Source: Desulfobacterales bacterium (GTDB lineage: Bacteria; Desulfobacterota; Desulfobacteria; Desulfobacterales; UBA2174). From it: a stretch of 64,000 nt of DNA. The notes below the pieces were generated by a model. It did no database searches, was not told the origin of the DNA, and saw only the letters and a list, made by a program, of their open reading frames with translations. Below, in pieces: positions 30,799 to 40,564 of this stretch (position 1 is the stretch's first letter; every line of letters begins with the position of its first letter). The stretch spans positions 32,001 through 96,000 of the forward strand of contig CAXXWC010000015.1 of the NCBI GenBank assembly GCA_963668645.2, read 5' to 3'. A program made the translations under genes and the position numbers.

Positions 30799-32193
30799 TT
30801 ATCTTCGGGTCACCCAAGCCAGCAGTGAACGGACGTCCGCCAGGGTTTCCAGGCCCATGATGGCGGCCGACAGATCGTCTCGCGCACCGCGATCCATGCC
30901 ATAGCCGGAGTAGTCGAGACATTTTTCGAACTTGCTGCGGCACTGGATATCACTCATGGGCCGCAGCGGATTGCCCAGCGGAGCGGTGATCTGCATCTCT
31001 ACCGGCGCCCGGCCCTGCCGGTGAACGCAAAGCCGGGCCGGAAGCAGATCCTTGGCCGCCAGACCCGGATCTTCGATCACCTGCACCTTCGCGGCCAGGT
31101 CGAGCACCTCCTGTTTGCCGATGGCCTGCGGTTCGAAATCGCCGAGAAAAACGTCGCCGCGCACCAGGGCACAGGCCACGGTGTACGGAATGCTGAACTG
31201 GGCGTCCACCTGGGGGTTCTTGCCGATCCTGAACCGCTTGCCCACCATCTCGGTGACCATGGACGAGGCCCTCACCTCGATGCGCGCAATCTCCCCGGCC
31301 GGGCCCACCTGATCGCGCACCGCCAGGGCCGCGTCGATGGCGCTGTGGGTCATGCGGCAGCACGGATACGGCTTGATGCTCAGGTCCGTGACCGCATTGT
31401 GCCGGCCAAGGTCCGCCAGAACCGCATCGGCATCCAGATCACCCTGCTCGTAGAGCGGGTAATAACCGTAATTGCCGGTCAGAAAGGCCCGGCTGCCGGT
31501 AATCCCCTTTGACGCCAGAAACGCTGCCGTCACCCCGGCAGAAGCGGCAAAAGCCGGCTGCATCCGCTTGACCAGGCGCCCTTCAACCAGTCCCTGGGCA
31601 TTGCCCGAAGTCTGGGCGTAGACGATGCCCAAAGCATCCCAGAGCCGCTCGCGGTCCAGGCCCAGAATCTTGCCGGCGGCCGCCGCGGCCCCGAAACTGC
31701 CGCAGGTGGCCGTGCGGATCCAGGACAGGGGACGCTGGATGCCGAGGCTGATGCGGCAGATCACATCCACTCCCAGGGCCAGGGCCGTGATCAGGGTCTT
31801 GCCGTCCACCCCGCCCACCGCCTCGGCCGCCGCCAGGCAGGCCGGCAGAACCGAGACAAAGGTGTGCAGGGCCGAGGCGTCCAGGGTATCGTCGAAATCC
31901 AGCGCGTGCATCATGGTGCTGTTGGCCAGGGCCGCCATGGGCGGGGCTGCCTTGGCGCCCGAAAAAAGCACCGATGCGCCTTTGGGGCTCGGCCACGATT
32001 CCACCAGGGCCCGCACCTCCGGGCAGCCTGGAGCCGTGCGGCCGGGAAAGGCCACCGCCAGCGTGTCCATCACCAGACGCTTGCAGCAGGCCACTGTGTT
32101 GTCTGGCAGTTCATCGTATTTCGCCCCTGCCACATGATCGACGATTCTCTCTTCCAGTTTCACCGGGCACCTCGTTTCAGTGGTAACGACCAT
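30799..32193 (-). CDS. MmgE/PrpD family protein
   Basis: HALDFDD, KPYPCCRMTH, AQFSIPY, GNPLRPMS. Confidence 0.92.
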   Translation of the reverse strand: MVVTTETRCPVKLEERIVDHVAGAKYDELPDNTVACCKRLVMDTLAVAFPGRTAPGCPEVRALVESWPSPKGASVLFSGAKAAPPMAALANSTMMHALDFDDTLDASALHTFVSVLPACLAAAEAVGGVDGKTLITALALGVDVICRISLGIQRPLSWIRTATCGSFGAAAAAGKILGLDRERLWDALGIVYAQTSGNAQGLVEGRLVKRMQPAFAASAGVTAAFLASKGITGSRAFLTGNYGYYPLYEQGDLDADAVLADLGRHNAVTDLSIKPYPCCRMTHSAIDAALAVRDQVGPAGEIARIEVRASSMVTEMVGKRFRIGKNPQVDAQFSIPYTVACALVRGDVFLGDFEPQAIGKQEVLDLAAKVQVIEDPGLAAKDLLPARLCVHRQGRAPVEMQITAPLGNPLRPMSDIQCRSKFEKCLDYSGYGMDRGARDDLSAAIMGLETLADVRSLLAWVTRR

Positions 32194-32208
32194 GCAAAAA
32201 TCCGGCGG

Positions 32209-34137
32209 TCATGCCGGCGACTTTAACGCCGGATTGGCGACGGTCACAGTTCTGCGGTTTTGGTTGATTTTTTTATAGGTTGCGAACGACAACACGATCA
32301 GAAGACCGACGATATTTAAAAGCGTCTGCGGAAAAATCAGCAAGATACTTCCCGTGGCAAGCAACAGGCGTGCAGGAATTTTAATCTCGCCAAAGCAATA
32401 CTTTTCCCAGGCCCAGCACAGCCCGATGATGGCGATAATCGAAAAAATGATACTCACTGCGATTTGACCAAAACTGCCTCTCAGAAGCAGCGCGTTGTTA
32501 TAGACAAAAGCATAGGGAAAGATGATGATGGGAAACGCGATTCGCAGGGCCGTCAGCGATGTTTTCATCAGCGGTGTTTCGGCGATACCACAGGCCACGT
32601 ATGCGTTTGGTGCCACAGGAGGGCTGATTTCGGCGATTACCGAAAAATAAAAAACAAACATATGGGCGGCAAAATCCCACACGCCCATCTGGATAAGGGC
32701 CGGTGCCACGAGAATAGATAAAACGATATATGCTGCGACAGGCGGCACTCCCATGCCCAACACGATTGCCGCGATCATCGTCAGGACCAACAAAACGAAA
32801 AGGTTCCCACCCGACAGCCGTATCAAAATACTCGAAATCATCAGTCCGAGGCCGGTAAAATCGACCAATCCGACGGCGATGCTGGCGGCCGACAGGATGG
32901 CGATGACCGAAAGCGCGCTGAGGCTGCCATCGCGCAACGATTCCAGTATCGTCTTGAGGCTCATACGCGTCGATTTTTTGATGCCCGCGGCAAAGGGAAT
33001 CGAGATACAAGCAAAGAACGAGGCACGGATGATGGTGTACTGGAAGGCGAGAAGAACGACGAGTACGAGGGGCGGAAGAAAGAAATTCCATCCCTTTTTG
33101 ACGACCTCAAGTGTTTTCGGCAGTTCACTTTTCGGCTTGCCCAAAAGATTGTAGCGCATGGCGCGTAAATCCGTCATGAGAAACACGGCAAGATAAAAAA
33201 ACACCGCCAGAGTGAGGGCCCGCTCCATGATCACCATATACGGGACTCCCAGGATGGCCATCATAACAAAGACGGCGCTTCCCATGATGGGCGGCATGAT
33301 CAGCCCACCGGAACCCGCCGTTGCCACCAGGGCCGCGGCAAAATAAGGCTGGTAACCTTCCTGCTTCATGATGGGGATCGTCATGTTGCCGGTAGCTGCC
33401 GTATTGGCAACCCCGCTTCCTGAAATCATACCGAAAAGGCTGCTCGCTATGATCGCCACCTTGGCAGTGCCGCCCCTGAGATGGCCCGCGAGGCTATTGG
33501 CAAAATCCATAAAGAATTTACCGGCACCGGATTTGTTGTAAAGCACACCGAAGAGGATCAACAAATAGATGAATGTCGCCGATATGCCCGTCAACGAACC
33601 ATAAAGGCCTTCGGTTTTCAGCGTCATACTGTAGATGATTCTGTCGATGGGGTAGTTTTTGTGGGAAAAAATCCCAGGCATGACTTCGCCGAATACGGCA
33701 AAGAAAAATATCAAAATCACCATGGAAGGCAAAACACCGCCGATCACCCGCCTGGCACCTTCCAGGGTCAGGAAAAGCATTATGGCACCCAATACGAGAT
33801 CATGCACCGGCAGCTTCAGCCCGATCAGCCCCAGCCGCTCGTCCCAAGTCAGCAGAAGATAAACTGATATGGCAAGATATATCAGTGCGAGGATTACACC
33901 GAAGGGTTTTACCGTCTCTTTTCTTTTTTGCTTTCTAAAATCGTAATAGAGAAAAATAGTAACATAGCCGATCATCAAATGTATAATCCGCTGGTCCATC
34001 GCCTGCATCTGAAAATATCCGGTATAGAGCTGGAACAGTGCCAGGAGCAGGGCAAGAGCATTGATCAGCCGCTCATTGAACGTATCTCCCAGCACTTGGG
34101 CGAGCGTATTTTTAAACGTTTGCATCAGCGTCTCCAA
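32209..34137 (-). CDS. TRAP fused permease (4TM/12TM, TAXI-associated)
   Basis: GGTAKVA, ISGSGVAN, IMPPIMG, ISPPVA. Confidence 0.9.
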   Translation of the reverse strand: METLMQTFKNTLAQVLGDTFNERLINALALLLALFQLYTGYFQMQAMDQRIIHLMIGYVTIFLYYDFRKQKRKETVKPFGVILALIYLAISVYLLLTWDERLGLIGLKLPVHDLVLGAIMLFLTLEGARRVIGGVLPSMVILIFFFAVFGEVMPGIFSHKNYPIDRIIYSMTLKTEGLYGSLTGISATFIYLLILFGVLYNKSGAGKFFMDFANSLAGHLRGGTAKVAIIASSLFGMISGSGVANTAATGNMTIPIMKQEGYQPYFAAALVATAGSGGLIMPPIMGSAVFVMMAILGVPYMVIMERALTLAVFFYLAVFLMTDLRAMRYNLLGKPKSELPKTLEVVKKGWNFFLPPLVLVVLLAFQYTIIRASFFACISIPFAAGIKKSTRMSLKTILESLRDGSLSALSVIAILSAASIAVGLVDFTGLGLMISSILIRLSGGNLFVLLVLTMIAAIVLGMGVPPVAAYIVLSILVAPALIQMGVWDFAAHMFVFYFSVIAEISPPVAPNAYVACGIAETPLMKTSLTALRIAFPIIIFPYAFVYNNALLLRGSFGQIAVSIIFSIIAIIGLCWAWEKYCFGEIKIPARLLLATGSILLIFPQTLLNIVGLLIVLSFATYKKINQNRRTVTVANPALKSPA

Positions 34138-34313
34138 TCGTTTTCAGGTACTATTTTTATGAGACTTTTACGGGTCGTCTTCGTGACAATCTTCCTTCCC
34201 GGATTCGCCGGATGAGCATAAATCAGCCACTAAAGTGCAATTCGTGGTCGAGGAGCACTTTCCATAACTGGCGACAAATCTGCGATCATCACATTTGCCG
34301 TCACCGAGGTATT

Positions 34314-35348
34314 TTATTTTTTGTATATCCCCTTTTCCTTGAAGTATCTGATTGCCCCGGGATGAATGTCGACACCATCGGACTCTGCGCCGGCCAACGC
34401 ATTTTCGAGGGTCCAGAGGGCGGCCTGGGGATGGATCTGATTTCTTTCCGTATCATGGTCATAAACGGCCTTTACGATTTTATAGACCACCTCTTCGGGC
34501 AGATCCTTACGGCAGATCAAGCGCTGCCGAATTGTATAGGATTTGATATCATGATCCTGGCGGTTGTAAGTCCCGGCCGGAATAGTGATCGGCATAAAGT
34601 ACGGTTTGGACGAAATGAGCTTTTTCAGTATCGGATCGGAAATTTCCAGAAAACGGACTTTATGGGTCGTGCACAAATCGAGAACCGTGGCAATCGGAAA
34701 TCCGGCCGCAATCAAACCCGCATCGATTGTCCCCTCTTTGAGGCCGCGCACGATCTCGCCAAACGAATAGTAGACCGGGGTATAGTCGGTGTCCGGTTTC
34801 AGCCCGAAACCGGCATCGAGCGTCGTAATGGAATAAAGCCGTAAAGTGGCGCTGCCCTGGGGACCGACGCCGACCCTCTTGCCCTTCAGGTCAGAAAGCT
34901 GGTTGATTCCCGAATTGGCCAGCGTCAACCAATGTGCGTCGCTACGATGGCCTACCGAAATTAAGGCGACATTGCTCAAATCAAGTTTTTCTTTTTCCTC
35001 CAAATACTTCAGCGTACCGCCGCAGGTCAGCCCGAGATCCATTTCACCGGTCGCCACAAGCCTCGCATTTTCAAAGGCTGCCGCCGTGGATTGGGCGGTG
35101 ATTTGGATCTCCGGATAGTACTTGTTCACCAGATTGGCGAAACCGGCCCCGAGATAGTAATAGGTACCGGCGCTACTGCCGGTCCCCATGGCCAGGTGCA
35201 CCTTTTCCGGCGCCTTCTTAGCGCCGGACTTTCCGTTTTCTGCCTGATTCTCCTTCGATGAGCAGCCCAGCACCAAGACACAAAAAATCATGATGAGCAT
35301 GGCTGAAATCGTTACGCATTTTCTTCCCGACCGCTTCAGATTACGCAT
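34314..35348 (-). CDS. TAXI-family TRAP solute receptor (lipoprotein-like)
   Basis: GTGSSAGTYY, DLKGKRVGVG, IHPGAIRYFKE; LGC lipobox-like. Confidence 0.92.
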   Translation of the reverse strand: MRNLKRSGRKCVTISAMLIMIFCVLVLGCSSKENQAENGKSGAKKAPEKVHLAMGTGSSAGTYYYLGAGFANLVNKYYPEIQITAQSTAAAFENARLVATGEMDLGLTCGGTLKYLEEKEKLDLSNVALISVGHRSDAHWLTLANSGINQLSDLKGKRVGVGPQGSATLRLYSITTLDAGFGLKPDTDYTPVYYSFGEIVRGLKEGTIDAGLIAAGFPIATVLDLCTTHKVRFLEISDPILKKLISSKPYFMPITIPAGTYNRQDHDIKSYTIRQRLICRKDLPEEVVYKIVKAVYDHDTERNQIHPQAALWTLENALAGAESDGVDIHPGAIRYFKEKGIYKK

Positions 35349-35595
35349 TTGAATTCTCCCTATTATTGTTATTACCGCTTATGCAGCAGCAAGGCCCCGG
35401 AGAAGAACGGCTGCAAATCTGCTCTCCCCGTCTCGCCTGCGTGCCAACAGATTAACCACTTGTTATTATAAGTGATAAAATATATCGCCAGCAAAGAGCA
35501 AACCCAGGGACGATGCGCCGTGTCTTGCTGAAAGATTCAAACCAATCCATGTGCAAAAGCTTTCTTAAAAGTAATATTTAAAGGACTAATGTATA

Positions 35596-35621
35596 ATGTC
35601 AGACCACTTGAAGCCTGTCAA
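35596..35621 (-). promoter_or_regulatory. Candidate promoter with FadR-subfamily operator (TGGTCTGACAT) in the spacer
   Basis: TTGACA at 35621-35616; TGGTCTGACAT resembles TGGTCNGACCA; FadR-type gene adjacent. Confidence 0.5.
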
Positions 35622-35838
35622 GAAAGATTTTTGTCGGCTCGCAATACAGCCCGAAATAAAAGACAACACATTGTAATAACAGATTAAAAACTTATCTCGC
35701 CGACAGGATGACCCATTGCGACAAACGAGGTGTCAAGAGAACGGAATACCTTTTCAGGGCATTTTGAAGGACATGGGAACAGACTGGAAATAAAGCAGGA
35801 AACAGCGGAGCAAAAATAAAGCCAGCGAATCCGGACCG

Positions 35839-36618
35839 TCATTCCAACGAAAAGTCGTTATCCTGACGGATACGCGTGTCCATAACAGCCTTGTCGAATA
35901 TTTCCGGTGCGGAGTGGGAATAGGCCCGGTATGTTTCCAATAGATGCTGCCTCGACTTCTCGAAGGCTCGAGCCGGGTCCTGCTTGACAATCGCGTCCAG
36001 GATATCGCGATGTTCATCGATGAATTTCTGGATCGTCTCGCGGGGCAAGGTGGTACTGGTGGAATTGATGATGATTGACGAATATGCCTGAGTTATCGAT
36101 TCAGTGATGTAGACGATAATTGGATTTTTTGTGATTTTAGATACTTCACAATGAAAGGAAACGTTTCGAAGCCGGGCTTCCCTCCTTGATTCGCCTGCAA
36201 GCCGTTCGGCGGATTCCAGAAGCATGTGCAGGTGCTTGACGTCATCAGCGGTTCGGTATTTTGCGGCGATCTGTGCTGCGCGGGGTTCAATGTACAGGCG
36301 GGCATCGATGAGGTGGGAATAGTCTATACAGCCCATGCGGATCAGGTTATGAAAATTCTCGGTGATGGTATCGGATGAGGGTTCAGAGACGTAGGCGCCT
36401 CCGGCTTTGCCTCTTTTGATGGTAATAAGACCACTGCTTTGAAGATTGCGCAGGGCCTCACGGATCGTCACCCGGCTAACTTGAAACTGTTCCACCAATT
36501 CGCGTTCCGATGGAATCTTTTCCCCCTGTTTGAAAACCTCATCGTGTATCGATTGCTTTATCGCCCGTACAACCTCCTGTGATAACAGGGGTTTTTTGAG
36601 AGAACGAAAATCGTTCAT
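35839..36618 (-). CDS. FadR/GntR-family regulator
   Basis: KIPSERELVEQFQVSRVTIREAL; FCD motifs FH and EH. Confidence 0.92.
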   Translation of the reverse strand: MNDFRSLKKPLLSQEVVRAIKQSIHDEVFKQGEKIPSERELVEQFQVSRVTIREALRNLQSSGLITIKRGKAGGAYVSEPSSDTITENFHNLIRMGCIDYSHLIDARLYIEPRAAQIAAKYRTADDVKHLHMLLESAERLAGESRREARLRNVSFHCEVSKITKNPIIVYITESITQAYSSIIINSTSTTLPRETIQKFIDEHRDILDAIVKQDPARAFEKSRQHLLETYRAYSHSAPEIFDKAVMDTRIRQDNDFSLE

Positions 36619-36900
36619 ACGGCACTCCTCATGAAATCATAAAACTGACATGACTACCAAAGACTGATGGCCATGCCAAGCGATAATTGCCAAAGCGATT
36701 CCGTTCAGAGTCTAATTTCTGGACCATTCCCGATTCGAGCACTCCCCATCCGATAGACGGCATAGGGGCAGGCAAAGCCGAAATTTCTCCGGTATGGGAC
36801 GAAATCGCCGATGGGAGTGTACCCACAAAGTCAGTTTACAGGTACCGCATCCGGCTCAACTTCTGTAAGTACAGGGGCACTTTTTGTATTTCGTGTCTGT

Positions 36901-37027
36901 CCGGAAACGGCATCTCCCGGCCTCCGGCGGGGTTCTGGCGCGTTTAAAAATCCTCGAAATAGCAGACCATGCCTCCTATTGAAAACGCGCTCGGGCCTGG
37001 CCAGGAACAAAAATCTACCATTTCCGG
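36901..37027. repeat. MITE-like repeat, copy 2
   Basis: CCGGAAACGG...CCATTTCCGG ends; shares TTGAAAACGCGCTCGGGCCT.GCCAGGAAC core with copy 1 (inverted). Confidence 0.75.
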
Positions 37028-37448
37028 GTGGGTACCATTTCTGTGGCGAGGCCTGCAGCAACGCCAAATTTCTGGTATTCCAATATAATCACGCCTTTCA
37101 TCGATAAATCAACAGAAAAAAAATTACCCCCAGCCGACAAAGCCCCCCGAACGCCTTCCGGTTAGGCTCTGCCGATCCTTGATTGCCAATTAAAGTCCCC
37201 CATTGGCTGATAGAAGGTTTACTCCCGAGGCCGGATCGTGTCCGATGGAATGCCCTTCTCCGTTCGTCAATGACGTTGATCTATATCAATATAACAGCCC
37301 CGCAAATACCTGGTTCGGCAACCCATAACGATGCAACGGCGCAATGTTGGCCCAAATGGCCTCACTTCTGGGTTACCACATCATATTTCGAAATATTGTT
37401 AATAGATCAAAACATTCGCTTCATATTGCCGGCAGTGGCACCCCTGGG

Positions 37449-37477
37449 TTGACACATCCGGATGGATCTTCTAAAAG
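37449..37477 (+). promoter_or_regulatory. Candidate sigma70 promoter TTGACA-N17-TAAAAG
   Basis: Correct spacing, ~60 bp upstream of 37539; spacer contains palindrome CATCCGGATG. Confidence 0.45.
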
Positions 37478-37538
37478 GTTAGTATTGACTATCGCCATTC
37501 TTTTAGCCTCATTCAAATAATCCATTTTATATTACACT

Positions 37539-38405
37539 ATGAAATCAGATGCCTGGAAGCCTTGGGCGCTGCTCTCACCGTCTCTCAGCGCCGTTTTTTT
37601 TCTGCTCGTCATACCGGTCTGCTTCGTGGTGGTCTACAGCTTCTGGCTGCGGGCCCCGAGCGGCGCGGACATCCCGGCCTTTCAGTTCGCCAATTACGCC
37701 AAATTTTTTGAGGATTTCTTCTATCCCAGCATCCTGCTGCGCACCATCCGCATCTCCTGCGAGACCGTGCTGCTCTGCGTGGTGATGGGCTACATCCCTG
37801 CCTATTTTTTCTATCGCAGCGAAAGCCGCTTCAAGCAGTTTTACCTGCTGCTGATCATGCTCCCCTTCTGGGTAAGCTTCATCATCCGCACCATGAGCTG
37901 GATCAACATCATGGGCGACAGCGGACTGATCAACCATTTCCTGCTGCACATCGGGGTCATCGAAACGCCGATCTCCATGCTCTACAACGAGGGCACGGTG
38001 CTCATGGGACTGCTCATGTACCTGCTGCCCTTCATGGTGCTGAACATCTACGTCAGCCTGGAAGGGATCGACAAGAGCCTGCTCGAGGCGGCCCGCTCCA
38101 TGGGGTGCACCGAATGGCAGGCCTTCAGGGAGGTCACCCTGCCGCTGAGCCTGCCGGGGGTCAGCGCCGGCTGCCTGCTGGTCTTCGTGCTGACGGCCGG
38201 CACCTACCTGCCGCCCATGATCCTGGGCGGGCCGGGCAACGACATGATCGCCAACCTGATCTTCAAACGGGTCATCGGCACCCTCGACTGGCCCTTCGGC
38301 TCGGCCATCAGCGTGATCCTGCTTTCACTGCTGTTTGTCATCGTCTGGACCTACAACCGCTATCTGGGCATCAACCAGATCTTCAAGAGCTTCAAGGGGA
38401 GCTAG
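37539..38405 (+). CDS. Polyamine-type ABC permease (PotB-like)
   Basis: LPFWVSFIIR, LLEAARSMG, DWPFGSA. Confidence 0.9.
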   Translation: MKSDAWKPWALLSPSLSAVFFLLVIPVCFVVVYSFWLRAPSGADIPAFQFANYAKFFEDFFYPSILLRTIRISCETVLLCVVMGYIPAYFFYRSESRFKQFYLLLIMLPFWVSFIIRTMSWINIMGDSGLINHFLLHIGVIETPISMLYNEGTVLMGLLMYLLPFMVLNIYVSLEGIDKSLLEAARSMGCTEWQAFREVTLPLSLPGVSAGCLLVFVLTAGTYLPPMILGGPGNDMIANLIFKRVIGTLDWPFGSAISVILLSLLFVIVWTYNRYLGINQIFKSFKGS

Positions 38406-38408
38406 GTC

Positions 38409-39206
38409 ATGAGCCGTTTTTCACCGGGCTGGACCCTGATCCGCATCTACACCTTCCTGGTGTACGTTTTCATGTTCGCGCCCATCGTGGTGGTCATCGT
38501 GCTGGCCTTCAATCCCCAGCAGTTCGGCATCTTTCCCATGGAGGGGGTCAGCCTGCGCTGGTTCATCCGCCTGGCCCAGAACGAATCGATCCTCGAGGCC
38601 TTCAGAAACTCGCTCATCCTCGGCTCTCTGACCGCCGTGATTTCCACCGCTTTCGGCGTCATGGCGGCCATGGCCTTCATCCGCTTCGAGTTTCCCGGCA
38701 AAAACACCCTCAACACCTTGCTGCTCTCGCCCATCATGATCCCCGAGGTGGTCCTGGGCGTCTCCCTGCTGCTATTTTTGCGCTGGCTGCAGCAGCCCAA
38801 GAGTTTCGTCCTGCTGCTCACTGGCCACGTGGTGCTGACCCTGCCCTACGTGCTGCTCATCGTGCAGGCCCGCCTGGTAGGCATCCGCAAGGAATACGAA
38901 GAAGCGGCTAAGAGCCTCGGGGCCAACGCCCTTCAGACCTTCCGCGAAGTCACCTTCCCGTTGCTGCTGCCGGCGATTCTGGCCGGGGCACTGTTCGCGT
39001 TTACCATCTCGTTTGACGACATCACCGCCACCCTGTTCTGGGCCACGGCCCGCAACCAGACGGTGCCGGTGAAAATCTTCAGCATGCTGCGCAACTCCAT
39101 CAGCCCGGAAATCAACGCCCTGGGAGCGGTCATGATCGTGCTCACCGTAGCCACGCCCCTTCTGGCCGGCTACCTCTCGCGCCGATTTTCCAAAATCAGG
39201 GAATGA
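38409..39206 (+). CDS. Polyamine-type ABC permease (PotC-like)
   Basis: EEAAKSLGA, FTISFDD, SPEINA. Confidence 0.9.
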   Translation: MSRFSPGWTLIRIYTFLVYVFMFAPIVVVIVLAFNPQQFGIFPMEGVSLRWFIRLAQNESILEAFRNSLILGSLTAVISTAFGVMAAMAFIRFEFPGKNTLNTLLLSPIMIPEVVLGVSLLLFLRWLQQPKSFVLLLTGHVVLTLPYVLLIVQARLVGIRKEYEEAAKSLGANALQTFREVTFPLLLPAILAGALFAFTISFDDITATLFWATARNQTVPVKIFSMLRNSISPEINALGAVMIVLTVATPLLAGYLSRRFSKIRE

Positions 39207-39241
39207 TCCAACAACCCTTAACCGAACCGAAAGGAGTCCCC

Positions 39242-40405
39242 ATGGCTAAAATCACCACAGACCAACTGGATCGGGTGTACGAAGACTACCGCGAAGGCCG
39301 CATCGACAGGCGCCGCTTTCTCAAGGTGCTGACCCTTGCCGGCGCGTCCCTGGGCCTTGTTGGCGGGCCCTTCGGATACGCGGTGCGCAATGCCTGGGCC
39401 GCCAAGTCGATCCGTTTCGACGGCTGGGGCGGATCGGTTTCCGAGGCCTTCCGTGAGCATGCCTTCAAGCCTTTTACCAAGGCCACCGGCATCGAGGTCG
39501 TCGACGGCGAGTTCGGCGACATGAACACCTACCTGACCCGGGTCAAGGCCTCCTTTCCGCCCGGCGGCGAATTCAACATCGCCCATCTGAGCGCCGTGTT
39601 CGACTACGCCCGCTACACCGACCTCGGGTTCTCGTCTGTGCTCGACGAGGCCAAGATCCCCAACCTGAAGAACGTCATGGACTCGATGATCCAGCCGCTG
39701 CGCGAGATCACCAAGGGAACCTTGTCGGCGGTGCCCTACGATCTTGGCCAAACCGGCATCGCCTACAACACCAAACACATCAGCAAGGAAAAGGCCGAAA
39801 AGCTCGGCGCCTCGCTGCTCTGGGACAAGTCCCTTTCCGGCAAGCTGGGAAGCTGGGGCGGCGATTTCCGCACCAACATGTGGTATGCGGCCCTGCACAC
39901 CGGCCAGAGCCCCAACAACATCACCGACCTCAAGGCGGTCTGGGATGCGCTGCGCGAACAGCGCTCCATGATCAAGAAGTACTGGGGCTCGGGGGCCGAG
40001 CTGATGAGCCTGATGGCCAACGAGGAGATCTACGCTACGGTCGGCTGGTCGGGCCGGGTGGCGGCCCTGCAGCAGGAAGGCCATCCCATCGGCTATCTTT
40101 CGCCCAAGGGGACCTACTCGTGGATGGAATACCTCTTCGTGCTCAAGGGCACGGACCTTGAGGTGGCCCAGAAGCTGCTCAACTTCATGCTCGAACCCTC
40201 GTGCTCCATTGCGGTGGCAGAAGGCCAGAACTACCCGCCCAGCCTCGATCCTTCCAAGGTCACCATGACAGAGAAGATCAAGAAGATGCCGGCCTTCGAT
40301 CCCACCGGCAAGCTGGACGGCTACCTGTTCGCCAAACCGGCCTACTGGAATTCTCACCAGGTGGAATGGACCGAAAAGTGGGACCGGATCAAGGCCGGAG
40401 CCTGA
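39242..40405 (+). CDS. PotD/PotF-like substrate-binding protein with Tat signal
   Basis: DRRRFLK twin-arginine motif; GWGG, FTKATGIEV, WSGR. Confidence 0.87.
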   Translation: MAKITTDQLDRVYEDYREGRIDRRRFLKVLTLAGASLGLVGGPFGYAVRNAWAAKSIRFDGWGGSVSEAFREHAFKPFTKATGIEVVDGEFGDMNTYLTRVKASFPPGGEFNIAHLSAVFDYARYTDLGFSSVLDEAKIPNLKNVMDSMIQPLREITKGTLSAVPYDLGQTGIAYNTKHISKEKAEKLGASLLWDKSLSGKLGSWGGDFRTNMWYAALHTGQSPNNITDLKAVWDALREQRSMIKKYWGSGAELMSLMANEEIYATVGWSGRVAALQQEGHPIGYLSPKGTYSWMEYLFVLKGTDLEVAQKLLNFMLEPSCSIAVAEGQNYPPSLDPSKVTMTEKIKKMPAFDPTGKLDGYLFAKPAYWNSHQVEWTEKWDRIKAGA

Positions 40406-40564
40406 CTGCCCGTGGATAAACGGCAAATAAGTTGAAGGCCCCAGGTTGCGGGTGATCATGGAGGCTAAAGCCGGTGGCCCACCGTTGCCGGCACCGCTCA
40501 TCAAGATGTGAATGGACCAGATCCCCGGCTTTAGCCTACCCGCAGCTCCCGCTCACACGATACA

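Noticed and set aside
36760..36830. GGCAAA...GGGACG resembling a c-di-GMP-I riboswitch
   Set aside because: The GNRA loop and the GCAAA/receptor elements are not convincingly present.
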